Shown here: positions 38,617 through 51,803 of the stretch, one piece after another
Layout: each line of letters opens with the position of its first letter
Position numbering within the stretch: the first letter of the stretch is position 1
Assembly (NCBI GenBank): GCA_965153285.1
Contig: OZ229110.1
Origin: Podarcis tiliguerta
Taxonomy: Eukaryota
DNA: 64,000 bases
Direction: 5' to 3' (one strand)
The notes under the pieces: generated by a model
Seen by the model: only the letters and a program-made list of their open reading frames with translations
Database searches by the model: none
What the model was told of the DNA's origin: nothing
Program-made: the position numbers and the translations under genes

Positions 38617-41308
38617 GTTTTCAAGAGCTACAAGAGCACTCTCCCCTCCTGTGGCTTCAAATCACTGCTATTCAGAAACACACTGTCTCCCGCCACATGT
38701 CTTACTAGTGTACTTTGCTTGGACACTTTAAAAGTGACAGTGGATTATAAGGGTTCTCTGTGCATGATCTAACTCTTTAACAAGTTTGAAAGGAGGAGCA
38801 GACCTTCTGAGGCAAGCAGTCCAGCAGAGAATGGCAGCAGTTAAGCCAAAGAGTTCACCTGTAGGATTCAGCACAGTTTCAGCTTGGATGTTACTGCTGT
38901 AGGGAAGGGATGATTCATGACTATGAGCCACTTCACATGGCCTCTGGTGGCACAGCTACTGCTGGAAATTGCAGGGCCTGTCAGCTCTCTGCCAATGGCT
39001 AGCTGACTGAAGCTGCCTTGGGGTGCAGAGTTTGTTACTGTTTCTCCCATAGACTAAGGGAAGGAAGACTATGGCGGAACTGAAGGAAGAGATCTGTCTC
39101 TATCACAGCTGAGCCAATGAGCTTAACAGTAGCAGATCAAGGACAATGGAATGTCCTTTGGAATTCCAAACCACTGAAAAAATTAAGAGGATGACTCTAG
39201 CTAATGCAAACTACATTGCAAGGCCACAAATAAAAGCACAAATATGACAAATTCTAAGTCTAATTTATTTCAACAGAGGTAATCAAAGACTTAAGTCTGC
39301 CTCATTAAAATCAATTAGACGTAAACAGACTTTACATGGGTTGGACTGTACCCATAGTAGCCTTCATTCAGTAGTGTTGCTTTTAGCCAGTTTCTCTCTC
39401 TCTCTCTCTAATCTAATCCCCCTTTATGCACTAAGTAGGGATATTTTTTGTTAATTTTTTTTGCCAGTATTAAAACTTTCTCCATGCATTAGGCAATGTT
39501 TCAGTGGTTGCTTCAAAAGTGGACCGAATTCCTCAGCTATTCAGGAACTGCTACCCTCTCACTCTGGATGAGATTTGTGTTCCCTCACAGACATCAACAT
39601 GTAGCTAGGTATGACTGGATTCACAGCAGCACCATGATGCAATTCTGTTCTGTAGGATGTGATCCCTCAGCTAAAATCACCATTTGAGTAATCAAAGAAG
39701 CAGCACTATGAATTGACTTTGATTTGCTTTTGCTTAGTAATATTAGCTATATGGGATTATCAGAAATAGTAACACATTAGCTACATAGCAAAACACATTG
39801 GCTACAAAGCATTGTCATCCATTCATTATATGAATGGCTCTATGAAGGAAAAAGAAGACCTAAATAAATCCCTCTACAAAGGAAAAAAAGGCACAAACTG
39901 CCACCATTTGTTTCTCCCCTGCTAAGAGGTTCAAAATAATGTGAACATACATAAGGTTGTTTTTCTCTGGGCAGGTATATTTTGCTCATCATGAAAGCAT
40001 TGCTTTACTTCAAAACGGAAATGAGAGAACATTCAGCATAATCCTACAAATAATGTTTATGTTGATTTATTTGGTTAACTAGTATGCTTGACTAGGAGTA
40101 TAACTCAAGGTCTCATCATAAGAATTTTCCAAGCCACTCACCTTTTCTACTAGAAGGCTCCTCCAGGTGGTTCCAATCAAAAGCTTATGAAACCAGCCTG
40201 ATAACGTGAGAGATTTAGTTTGATGTTATATCCTTCTAAAACATGTAGCATTGGCAGAATACTACTTCTAGCTGTAGTTTCATTGCTGAAATACATGCAA
40301 ACATTTGCATATTCTGAGCAGTGAGAGGGATAGATGTACTATAAGAACAATAAGGAATTTCTCAGAGATACAGGAAAGGGACAAAAAGTCCCATGCTGCA
40401 GGTTTGCAGTGACTTACAAGCCTTACCATTGGAAGTTCTTGTTTACCTAAACCTGATGGATAGGCAGCCCTTCGGAAGTATAACCTAGAAACTAATTTGG
40501 ATCTGGCTGCTTCTGACTTTGCTTTCTCCCCATACAGCAAGTACCATTATCAAATTATTGGAGTACATACAATTGCCCTGAAAATGTGAAGTATTATTGG
40601 GAATGCTAAATTAGATACTTGGATACGTGGATAAACTGCTTTCGTTATACACAGTGTATTCCTTCTTCATCATTTAAAAAAGATTGCCAGTGCCCTGTGC
40701 AACCTCCAATGTCAATGCAAAGCTGCTCTGGCATTAATGCTGAACCAGCTCTGACTTCTTAACCAGCCATCTCACATTCCTTCCCCAAAGCCTGAGTGTC
40801 ACCAAGCACTGCCCTGCATTTGAACTCCCATACTTTATCTGAGCTACATGCTACACACTCTGGAACTTTTAATTAACAGAAAAAAGAATAAGTTCAACCA
40901 AATCAATTAAATCATGCCATTTCCCTCAATTACTCCAGAGCACAAAGGTCGCCATTATATTGCATAGTTATGGTCAGGAATAAAGAAACCACACAAAGCC
41001 CTATAAATTAGCACTTAAATAGCTGGTTGGCTTTCATCCTTATATCATTTAATGTGGATGTGAGACAGGAGCTTCAGAACAAAACTATACAAATATATAA
41101 ATCAAAAGAATGCATTGCATCCATATAATAATCAGTTGCACAATAAAAAAGTCTAAAAATCATGAAGTTCATCTTAAGGATATAAGTTCAACGTACATAA
41201 AAAGTTATGTTTGTGTATTTAAAATACTATGTGGTTAAGTTTGGAATAGGCAAACTTTGTCTCTAGCAAATGCAGCAAGAAAAGGCTGGGTCTTTCCATT
41301 TCAATGTT

Positions 41309-41560
41309 GCAATGGCTTCAAGTTGCAAGAAAGGAGATTCCGACTAAACATTTGGAAAATCTTTCTGACGGTAAGAGCTGTTCAGCAGTGGAACAGACTC
41401 TCACGAGAGGTGGTGGACTCTTCTTCCTTGGAGGTTTTTTAGCAGAGGTTGGATGGCCACCTGTCAGGGATTCTTTAGCTGAGATTCCTGCATTGCAGGG
41501 GGTTGGACTAGATGACTCTTGGGGTCCCTTCCAACTCTAAGATTCTACAATTCTATGATT
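41309..41560 (+). mobile_element. CR1 LINE 3' end (5'-truncated)
   Basis: ORF2 C-terminus [43 protein letters not shown], then 3' UTR ending in octamer repeats ATTCTACA ATTCTATG ATT. Confidence 0.93.
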
Positions 41561-42437
41561 GAACCTAAAAATAAGAATCTGACCTCTAACTAATGGATTC
41601 TGCTTTAGAAAACATCATGCCAAGTGCTAAAACATGTACTGGCGTACAAGAATGAGATAAGAAGAGGCTTTTAGAACCTGAAGATTTATTGTGTTGGCAT
41701 GCTATATTGATATTAGCAATAATCTCTAGACATGGATCCTGAGGAATGAAAGAGAAACAAAGGCTGCTTGCTATGTCAAAGGAAGAGATCACCTTCTTGT
41801 TGTGAAAGGTTCTCTAGTTTTCATTCCCCACAGCTCTATGGGAAGACAACTTATTATGCATACTGATACCTAGCCTGAAAAGATTAATCTTACAATTAAA
41901 TAAACTTAAGTGAATGTGACAGAAGTTTGGATGGGATCAACTTGTAACTGACAGGCCAACAAACTTGTGTCAGTCACAGATATGAGACACTTTTTTTGCC
42001 TATGGGGATAAAATTACTTGTCATACCAAATGTTAATCTTTCATTCTAGCATATGATCTCAAGTTTTTGGTCACAAATATAAAATATACAAACTAGTATG
42101 AAAAAATAAGGAAGATCGTTGGCAGAATTCACCTAATGAACCCCATCAGCAGAAGCCCTTCCTTGTGCAATGGGAATTCCCCCCGCCCCCTTGAAATTGA
42201 CTCCAGGGGTCACAAGAACCCCCAGAACAGTCCACAGGGAAGGGGGGATTGTTTCATCTGACAAGCTGATTTCTAACAGTGCAACACCAAATTCCATCCT
42301 TAGTTCCGTAAGACTGGAAAGAATGGTAGTCAATATGTTCACTATGAAAAAGAAATATGCAACTGAGTGTGGGGGCAGGATTTGTTAAACCACATGGGCA
42401 TAGGATCATTCTCACAAAGCATTAGATAATTTGCATG

Positions 42438-42570
42438 GGATGTAAGCAAACATGCTGCCCTCTAAATGTTTTGATCTACATCTCCCATCAGCTCCAGCCA
42501 CCATGGTCAATGGTAAGATATGATGGGAGTTGCAGTTTACAGTATCTGCACTGCACCAGGGGCTCCTAGC
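42438..42570. mobile_element. Degraded hAT (URR1-like) MITE
   Basis: TGCCCTCTAAATGTTTTGATCTACATCTCCCATCA...TGATGGGAGTTGCAGT. Other degraded copies at about 13605-13710 and 57262-57372. Confidence 0.65.
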
Positions 42571-42759
42571 ATAATAAAGAAACACTGCAAGCCAAGAGTC
42601 TTGGAAACTGTGTTGTAGCCTATGGTTGTGCACACTTCATGGCCCTCACATCAGCCTGATTTGGTCTGCAATTAAATTTACTTTGTGAGACGGTTTCTAA
42701 GATCCTCTACTCCCTAAAATATGGCCTTGACCTAAGTACATCCAGTCTACTGTCCATTT

Positions 42760-42908
42760 TCATAGAATCAAAGAACTAGAGTTGGAAAGGACCACGTGGG
42801 TCATCTAGTCCAACCCCCTGCAATGAAGGAATCTTCCACCCAACGTGGGGCTCGAACCCACAGCCCTCTGAGATTGAGAGTTTCAAGCTCTACTGACTGA
42901 GCTATCCC
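42760..42908 (-). mobile_element. tRNA-Lys-derived SINE with CR1 3' tail
   Basis: Minus strand GGGATAGCTCAGTCAGTAGAGC...GTGGGTTCGAGCCCCACGTTGGG (tRNA-Lys-CTT-like), fused to GATTCCTTCATTGCAGGGGGTTGGACTAGATGACC...GATTCTATGA (the CR1 tail seen at 41484-41560). Confidence 0.9.
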
Positions 42909-44883
42909 ACACTTGTATAGACATTACATCCAAAAGAATCACAAAGTAATGTTGTTGGATTGCAGGAAAGACACCCTGCACCTGAGGCAAAGGAAGCAAG
43001 CCAAATTCATTTATTTCATTAATCCATTTGACAGAAATAGCCTCACAAAACATATAAAAAATATCTTTCAACTCCACAAATTAATGCCTCTTTCCCTGTA
43101 CCTCAAAACCCCTGCCATTTTATATGCATATACATTCATGGTAGCATGCATGTCAAATTGGTTAAGATGTGACAATAAACTGGGGGCATGGACACTATCA
43201 TGCAGACAGAAGGAACAAACCTTCCAGAAACCAAGCTCATCCCAATTAGACCAGAAATCACTAAGCAAGTTACATAGACAATGGAACTGACCAAGTAAGC
43301 CACTGACCTGGTTTACTAAAACACAGTCCAATATTCTCTTTTCCAAGACACCAACTCCCTTTAGCCTTGAAGGAGGGTGCCAAAAAAGCTTTTAATAATG
43401 AAAAGCTATCAAATCCATTTGAGAGATTATCTGTCATCTCTACAGTCACAGCACTCTTCTAGGAAAAAAGCAATGCAACTTAATGCTACAAGAACCAAGA
43501 AAAAAATATAGAGGTTGTTGTTATTCTCAGGCAATCATGTTTTGTGTGTGCTGAAATCTCTGAAAACAGCGATTTGAGACTGGCAAAATATAAACTTGAT
43601 CTACCAGCTCTGTTTTGGATCAGTGGGTTTTGCATGAAACAGAGACAGGGGGAGACAGAGGTGATTTTCACCTGCTGAAGCCCGTCCACTTTTATCTCAG
43701 TAAATAAGAACTGAAGTGAATGTATAAGTTTGCTCCTGCTGCATCAATTCAGACAGTTTCACTTTTCATTACAATTTATTTTACTACCTGCATTTGATAA
43801 CAGTGCAGACAAGCACAAAGGGGAAAACTCTCAATGTATCTCTTCACTCCTGATCGGGAAGAATGGTGCAAGGATTTGCCATCTCAGAGACAGCAGCTTC
43901 TGCAACGCGTGATTTGTTCAGCTATTAAAAATACTTTTCTTGCCTTATTAAAAAAATATTTCAGAGCTGATTATTTTAGAATATGAAACACAGATCAAAG
44001 GATACACCAAATGGAATTTATAGTTTCGGTAATTCTGGTGGTATTTCCTCTCAACCAGACATCTATTTCAATATGCTGTACTCATTTCTGGTTTATAGCT
44101 ATGCACCAAGGACAATTTGGGAGTCTCAAAGTTAATTTGAATAAGACAGAGTTATATTTATATAGAGAGGGTACTCTATGAAAGCTCCGTTCATTAATTT
44201 AAGTTCAATGGCAGAGCTGGGGGGAGGCAATTTCTGTGGCTACAGAAGTTACAGCAGGTGTAGCACATCAGCTTCAAACCAACAGTGCTCCTCAGTGCTC
44301 CTCTCCAGAACAGAGAGTACAGCATCAAACCAAAGACTTGTCTTCCAAGGTTTATTAAGATAGTTTCAAGCCTCTCCAATCCTCTCAGATCTGATTTAAG
44401 CATATGTGCAACTTCTAAAACACATTCAGGCAGTGGCACCTCTCAGTTTAAATTAAAATCTTCTAAGCCTTCTCTTTTAGAAGAAAAAGCTTCCAAACAG
44501 GAGAACAGAAGCTGATGTTTTAAATGGATGAATGGATTTGCACAAAGCTTCAGGCAGAGGCTACCAAGTCATAAACTCCTGGCTACCCATCTTAAGGATT
44601 ATCAGCTCTTAAGTCCAATAAAGCGACTTCATGTTTCAGTAAATTGAATGGGAACAAATGTGAGCTCCAGTGGGATAGGGACTGAGAATAAGTGAAGGAA
44701 AGCAAGCAAACAGAAATGAGCAGTGACTAAGCCACAAAAGCGGAAGACTAGTTTAAAAACAATGATGAGGAAGAAAAAGAGAGCACAACAGAAAATGCAG
44801 CAATACAACATGGCACAGCTTCTTTCACTAACACCTCCTCCCCAAGAACAACAACCTTACCAACTGTACGAATATGAACAAAT

Positions 44884-45120
44884 GGAGAGCCTGACTGGAT
44901 CAGATGAAAGGAATGCCCAGTTTAGTATCCTGTTTTCCCACCTGATCAATCAGGTGTCTTTAGGAAGCCCACAAGGAAGTCATGAGCCTGGGAGCACTCT
45001 CCTGCTGCTATTCCACAACAAATGATATTCAGAAGCATGCCATCTCTGATCTTGCATGTAGTATACAGCCATCACAGTTAGTAGCCACTGACAGCCTTAT
45101 ACTCCAAGAATTTGTCTAAT
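44884..45120 (-). mobile_element. Old CR1 LINE 3' fragment
   Basis: TAGCCACTGACAGCCTTATACTCCAAGAATTTGTCTAAT is the reverse of the CR1 ORF2 end (LDKFLEYKAVSGY*), with 3' UTR. A similar remnant lies at about 47545-47720. Confidence 0.7.
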
Positions 45121-46186
45121 ATTATTAGACGATATGTATATGTGGTGTGAAGTTTAGTTACTATACAGATATACTGAATTTCCATCCGGGATTTCAGTTC
45201 AAGCATCTCCCCAAGATATAGATACAAGAAGGTATGAGAACCCACCCAACCCCTGCAAAAAAAAGTGGGATGAGGTGATGGGTAGGGTAGGGGAAGCCTA
45301 TGATATCAAAACAAATAAATTTCAGAAATGCTCGCCCAGTCTAATTCAAAACTAAATAACCACATATACTTTTTGTCTGACTTAACATTACTATGGACAA
45401 CCTGTACTTCATACATAATACCTATTGTAATATACAAAGGGGGTGTAACAAAACAAGTAAAGGGGAAATGGCAAGTTAATTAGTTGGACGTATTACAAGC
45501 TTATTATTTCCCTACATGCTTGTGTTCCCAGATAAGTAACCACAAAACACACTATTATCCACTGGAATTCCAAGCAGGTCGGGCTAAAGGGTTAGAATTA
45601 ATCACTTGTTTTAACCAATGTTTATAGCTAGCTAACAGGAGTCTTGAAAACCTTGTCAAAGACACGTCAGTTTAATGAACTTCAAAATTCCCCTTGTTGG
45701 CTTTATATCACTAAATAAAATTACAGTTTCTTATTGCCCTTTCTTTTCTTTTAACTTGTTTATGGTGACACAGGGAGTTCTTCCAGCTTAATGTATGGGT
45801 TGTATCTGAATAAGTCATACTCATAGTAGACTCACTGAAATCAATGGACATAATGACTTCAGTCAATGGACGTGAAGATTTCAAGAGTCCAGTCTTGCAT
45901 ATGTGAATTGGTCTTACACTGTCAATTCTGACAGCTGTCTCCTCTGCTTCATTATACATTACAAAGCGGCTTGAGTGACATTGTAGCACTGCGGGTTCAG
46001 AAGTGACCGCAAAAAAATAAAATAAAAATCCCACAATGTATGCTAATCTCCCCTGCCCAGCAGCACCACAGAATTAAAACAGTTTATTGAGAATTAATCT
46101 GCAAGATAACCTATTTTTCCAACATCTCACATATCTAAGAACCGCTACCAAAACCATTTATTTGACAAGGCTGGGCATTAGCATAC

Positions 46187-46314
46187 CTGTAGTTAAAGGA
46201 AGATGACTGACAGTTGTTAAACACGTCAAAGTGAACCAGATGGATGACAAAGTTGCTCCTGACAATAGCAGAAGCAGTATAAGTTTCAGCATTCCCCGGA
46301 TAAAATCGGCAAAC
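46187..46314 (-). CDS. SLC49A4: SLC49A4/DIRC2 exon 7 (128 nt)
   Basis: tttcAG|G ... G|gtatgc. Encodes (R)[42 protein letters not shown]; lies inside ORF 46158..46412. Confidence 0.96.
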
Positions 46315-46385
46315 CTGAAAGGAACACAAATCAAAATTAACAAACCCTTCACAAATTCTGTAAACTTTAGCCAAATTGTTAAGTA

Positions 46386-46846
46386 CCGTATTTTTTGTCC
46401 CATAGGACGCACCTAGTTTTTTGGGGGGGGAAATAAAGGAAATTCCCCCCCCTTTATTCCCCCCCCAAAAAAACCAGGTCGGGGAACAGCGGTATGGCGG
46501 CGCTGCACCTCCCCGCTGTCCCCCGAGCTTGTGGGGCTGGCCGATGGGGGGCTCTGCTTCAGGGCGCTTTGCACACCGGGCGGCAGGCTGCTATCCGCAG
46601 CATGGGGAGCCCTGCAGATGTCTACCCGGCGCGCTGGGCGGTCAGCTTCAGGGTGCCACACGCACCGGGCGACAGGCTGCTATCCCGCAGGCTCCCCAGG
46701 CTTGCTGATAGCTTCCTGAAGCCTGGAGAGCGAGAGGGGTCGCACCAAGCTTCAGCGAAAGCCTGTATTCGTCCCATAGGACGCACACAGATTTCCCCTT
46801 CATTTTTGGAGGGGAGAAAGTGTGTCCTATAGGGTGAAAAATACGG
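46386..46846 (+). mobile_element. Tc2-like MITE, GC/CpG-rich
   Basis: TA|CCGTATTTTTTGTCCCATAGGACGCAC ... GTGTGTCCTATAGGGTGAAAAATACGG|TA; shares ends and the 3' block with 37657-38121. Confidence 0.92.
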
Positions 46847-46848
46847 TA

Positions 46849-47068
46849 CTTAATTCGTTCCAGAGGTCCGTACTTAACCTGAAACTGTTCTTAACCTGAA
46901 GCACCACTTTAGCTAATGGGGCCTCCTGCTGCCGCCGTGCCGCTGGAGCCCGATTTCTGTTCTTATCCTGAAGCAAAGTTCTTAACCTGAAGCACTATTT
47001 CTGGCTTAGTGGAGTGTGTAACCTGAAACGTATGTAATTTGAAGCGTATGTAACCCAAGGTACCACTG
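46849..47068 (+). mobile_element. Tigger-like MITE lacking its left TIR (abuts the Tc2-like MITE)
   Basis: CTTAATTCGTTCCAGAGGTCC...CCAAGGTACCACTG|TA; matches 36674-36899 from position about 23 onward. Confidence 0.92.
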
Positions 47069-49344
47069 TATAGTGATTTCTAATATGATATATTGAAGTT
47101 TAAGGAAGGTAAAACACCAAAAGAAGCAAATACTTCTTATGAATAAGTGGCAGTAGTATGTTTCTAAGATAAGTACCTTGTTCAAAATTGATCTGTAAAA
47201 GAGGTTTTGTCTTTATACTTGCCCCTAAAAGAAGAGTTTCACAATCTGAAACACACTGGATCATAATAGACAGCTACATTATGAAACTGAAGACAAAACA
47301 TTATCACAAACCTGTCTCAACTTTATGCTCTTTTAATATCGGAAACCAATACATGTAAGTTTTCCTCTGATTTGAAACTTACTATTTTCCACATATTATC
47401 ACTAAAAAAATCAGTGGGTTGGATCCAAAGGGCTTCCATGAACCAAAGGATCATTCATATACTGAGAAGAATCTTCCCATTCCTATGTGTCAAAATACTT
47501 TCCACTCTACTTATTAATATTTTCACACAGGCCTAGATTGGCACTAGGAACTACTTTGCTGGTCAAACCAATCCCCCATTCTGTTGTTAACAGTGGCCAG
47601 TCACACCTTTGGGAAGCTTATAAATCAGACGTGAAGGAAAAATAATTCCAATATTTTTCTCCTCTGCACATAGAACTCAGCGATATAGTGCCTATACAGA
47701 TATTCTTGTTAACAGCTACTGCTGCCAACTTCTAGTCCAGTCTCCACCGACAATGTGCTTCCCATTGCTGCCGCTCATTCTCCCATCCCTCTCCATTGTT
47801 TTGTTGGTATAATTGTGACAAAGCACCTAGTTCCATGTTAAATACAGAGGAGCGATAAAGATAGAAAAGCAGGAGACAAATGCTTCCTGCCACAAAGATA
47901 TGTCCCCTCCCACCAAAAAGTCTACTGCTCCCCAGATCTGCTTGGCCCAGATTTTATTATCCAAAAAATTCGCATTATGTGCCTCCTATAGTTACGAGTA
48001 ATAATTTGCTGCTGTCAACTCTGCTGCTCATTGCTACTGAAATTATACCATGCTACAAAGTTGCTGCATTTTGACTTTGCTGTTGTTTAAAAGACGAAGG
48101 AAATTCTGAGCTGTGAAGGACAAAATCTGAAAAATATCTCTTATCATTAGTGAATGCAACAAGAAAAATGTCGGGGGGGGGGGAAGGTTGATTTGTGTTG
48201 CTCTGCAGATTTAAAAAAAACAAAAACATGAGATTGTCACTGTTTGAAGTTGATTTTTCTCCCCTCCCCACCACCAGTCTAGTCTATCACTGCTAAGGAA
48301 AGGGTGCAATATCCACCAGCTGCCTAAAATATTGAAGGCTCTTCAATCATAAACATGCCATATAAATTATCTCAACGCTCCTGGTCTGGGGCTTGGAGTG
48401 GCAAGATCAAGGGCATAAATCTCATGTGAAGGAAGACACGGTACACTACGGGTAACAAAATAATGAAATTTGAGAACTTATTTTCCAACTGTGCCTTCCT
48501 TTGACAGGCATGATTCTGTTAACACCCGCAAAAACATTTCTACAGCATGCAAAGATAGTTTGGCATCCAAATGACAGCTTGTGCATCATCGAAAATGTTA
48601 AGGACACTTGAATATAGTTTCTTTTACATATTTCAGATAGCAGGTAAATAATGTTCATAAGCAGAGTGAAATTATATTGAGATTTAAGTGTGATGAAAGG
48701 AGGAACTGAGAGACTAGGAGGAAGCAAAGCTACACTATAGTTCCTAAAAGGAAATGCTTGATGTAAGAAAATTAGCAGCTGGTAGAACACAAAGCACCCC
48801 CACACTGAGCTATTACAATAGGTACCAGGCTGCCTGCCTGGTAAGTCACAGGACTGACTTTGAAATACATGAGCCTGTCACACTTGACAAGAATCATTAG
48901 CTAATTTTCCTAATTACAACTTTCAGCAAATTATAGTCAGCACAGACATTGATTCAACTGTACATAGATAACTGCTGAGTAGGCCTAAAAGGGGGCAGTC
49001 ATCCATCAAAAGTGGCAAACCGCCGCTCCTTGTGTGCCCAAAACCCTATGTTTGAAACTATAAAGCTACTTAATCAGAAAGAGATATCTGGCAACAGTCA
49101 GTTAGCTTTTTCTGAAAAAGTAGAAATGATTAGGCTGAAGGAGGCAGCACTGGGGTCCACAGAATATCTACATTGCTATGGAATTTGCAACCAATTTCGT
49201 AGCAGCTACAGAAGACATTAAAAGGATATTCTGAGGCTGAAACCAGGCTACATATTTAACAAATCAATCTATCACAAAAGGTCAGGATTTACGTGAAGTC
49301 AGCATATCTGCACTAGTCATCTTAAGACTAGAAAATGGTTTGCC

Positions 49345-49524
49345 AATTTAAGAGCACCTTCATCTTTAGGAGCCAGGTGAAAACGCTCTTCAACTAGGCC
49401 TTTGGCTGATTAATACTCCACAGCCTTTAAGCTACTTATTTGTGTTTTTATGCTGCATTTTTATGTTGTGAACCCCCCTGGGATCCTTTGATGACAGGCG
49501 GTATATAAATCCAATAAATAAATA
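49345..49524 (+). mobile_element. L2-type LINE 3' end
   Basis: TTTAGGAGCCAGGTGAAAACG...AGGCCTTTGGCTGATT...TGTGAACCCCCCTGGGATC...GGCGGTATATAAATCCAATAAATAAATA. Confidence 0.75.
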
Positions 49525-51066
49525 GCTCAGATGAAGCAAGAAACTGAAGTTTGTTATTGCTATGCCCAACCCCAGTCCAGAAAACAGAATCCACAGGGGA
49601 CAAACTGGACCTCCAGCTGTCTGAAGACTGGGAGAAGCAGATGAGATTTCCTTCCATCAGTACTGAAGATCCTTAGAATTGAAAGGTAGCCTCTACAGAA
49701 TCCTGTTGAGGGGCCCTTAGGGTCAGAGTGCCATAAGCCCCTAGTAGAGGCTGAGGGAGAGGCTGAGATATCCCTCCTCACCTTGAGTACAGGTGCCTAA
49801 ATATTCAAGTCCAGGCAACAGGTGCACAACTAAGTAGGTGCCTGAAAGCCCACAGTCACAGAACAACTCAAGAGTAAACCCCTTTTTAGGGGTAAAGGTA
49901 TTCCTTGAAATAAAGGGCTCTTAGAATGCCCTCAAACACCAGCCTGGGATTAGGCTCAGCCTGGTAGGCCAGACTTTATCAGCCCCTTCCTTGAGCTTCA
50001 CAGTTGCTGAAGAAAAACACAGCTCTTCAAGCTCCCAAATGCCAGACTCCTTGACTTCTTTTGCCTAGACTAGATCTCCTCTGTTCCTGACACTGGATTA
50101 AGTTTTCAAATTAGGCTAAATACTTGTGAATCACCCTGGTTGTCTCTGTATGTCTTCTTTGGCAATCTCGTGTGTGAAGCCTTGGCCTCCTTGGATTCTA
50201 GGGCTTGGGCCCACCCACAGTCCACACCTGTTGAGGCAGGACAGTTACAAACCAGTATGGGAAGCTTCAAATCTGTTTTGAGTGAAGGAGGGAGATACAA
50301 GAACCTAAGGCTCACCACAATACAGTCTGGTCACAAACCCCCAAGGATTTTTCTAATGTTCAAATATGGCCAATCTAATCTTGGCAACAGATTTCACTCT
50401 CTAATTAAATCTGTTCAACTTCATTTCTAAATTAAGTTTCCAGAAACATGTAAAAATAAGCAATGGCTGTTGAATAGGAGGAGATACTAAAAAAGATTCC
50501 AGAGGTGAGAGAGCAGAACTCGTGACAGCCATGGGATTTAAGACACAGAACAGCAACCCAAAATGTGCCAACATCCATTCAATAACAGTAATCTCCTATA
50601 TCATGTTAAAAACTATTTCCAAGCTTCTATAGACGCTTTTAAATACTGGGAAGCTCCTTCTTCTGCTCATAAATTATATTGTGCTCTTAAACTGAGCTTG
50701 GAAGGCCATCCTCTTCTAGTCATAAGATGATGCTAGTGCATATCTGCTGACTCAGACCTATTATGTAAAATCTTGACCTTTTGTAGTAGATTAATTTTTA
50801 AAACATAAAACTTGCTTTCAGTCTCAGAACACTCTTTTAATGTCTTTTGTAACTGCTACGAAATCATTTTCGAACTCCACAGCAATAGAAGAATTTTTGT
50901 GGAGCCCAATTCCACAAGGGCTGGGAGGACAAAGTCTTATACAGGATGTAGGACCTGATAATATGGGGGAGCCCCATCTCAAAAGAACTTGTGGATTTGA
51001 AGCACCAGTGGCATCAAGAGACTCAATTCTTAACCCTTATAAGAAGACTCTATAGGCAAGGGGATA

Positions 51067-51202
51067 ATAGAATCAGAGGATTGTAGACCTGGAACGGACC
51101 ACAAGGGTCAACTAGTCCACCCCCAGCAATGCAAGAATCTTTTGCACAGTGTAGGGCTCAAAACCATGACCCTGAGATTAAGAGTCTCTACCAACTGAGC
51201 TA
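51067..51202 (-). mobile_element. Second, more diverged tRNA-Lys/CR1 SINE
   Basis: Minus strand TAGCTCAGTTGGTAGAGACTCTTAATCTCAGGGTCATGG (CTT anticodon loop kept) plus CR1 tail. Confidence 0.8.
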
Positions 51203-51803
51203 GATGCTCTACATATTTTTTCCCCATAGTAAGGATAACAAAATATGATACCAAACCAGCATCAAACCACAGTGTAATATTTGGGTTTGTTATCTCTGAG
51301 CAGTTAAGAAATCAGAGAACTTGTAAATTAACTGCACCTCGTAAGCCCTACTTTTCTTCTCTAAAACAAAAAACCTCAACATGACATCAGAGCTATCAAA
51401 TTTCTCTAACTATTCTGTTGAGGAATCCATCACATCTGTAATGGAGGAGCTGAAAGCAAACAGGTAGGAAAACCCCACTGATGGTTCCTTGATTATTTTA
51501 CCTAAGTGGCTCTTTCCACCTTTGGATGGAGTGGATAGGGAGCACTTGTCAAACACAATAATATGAACTGCTCAGTTTGATGACTGAGCAAATGGAATTT
51601 CCAGCAGTCACTGCCTAAAAAGATCATGAAACACACAAATTGCTATGCTAGAAGATGAACCTATTTCCCCCCCACAGAAAAGCATTTCTTCTTTTACAAT
51701 TGTCATAGATGACAGGAAATGATCCTGAGGGGTATTGTTTCAGTATAACTAAAAGACAATTGCAATGAAGAAAAATAAAATGAAGTAAGACTGTGATACT
51801 TAC

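Noticed and set aside
42838-42908. Apparent tRNA-Lys gene (also about 51145-51202)
   Set aside because: Mutated stems or anticodon, no oligo-T terminator, and fused directly to a CR1 tail: it is a SINE head.
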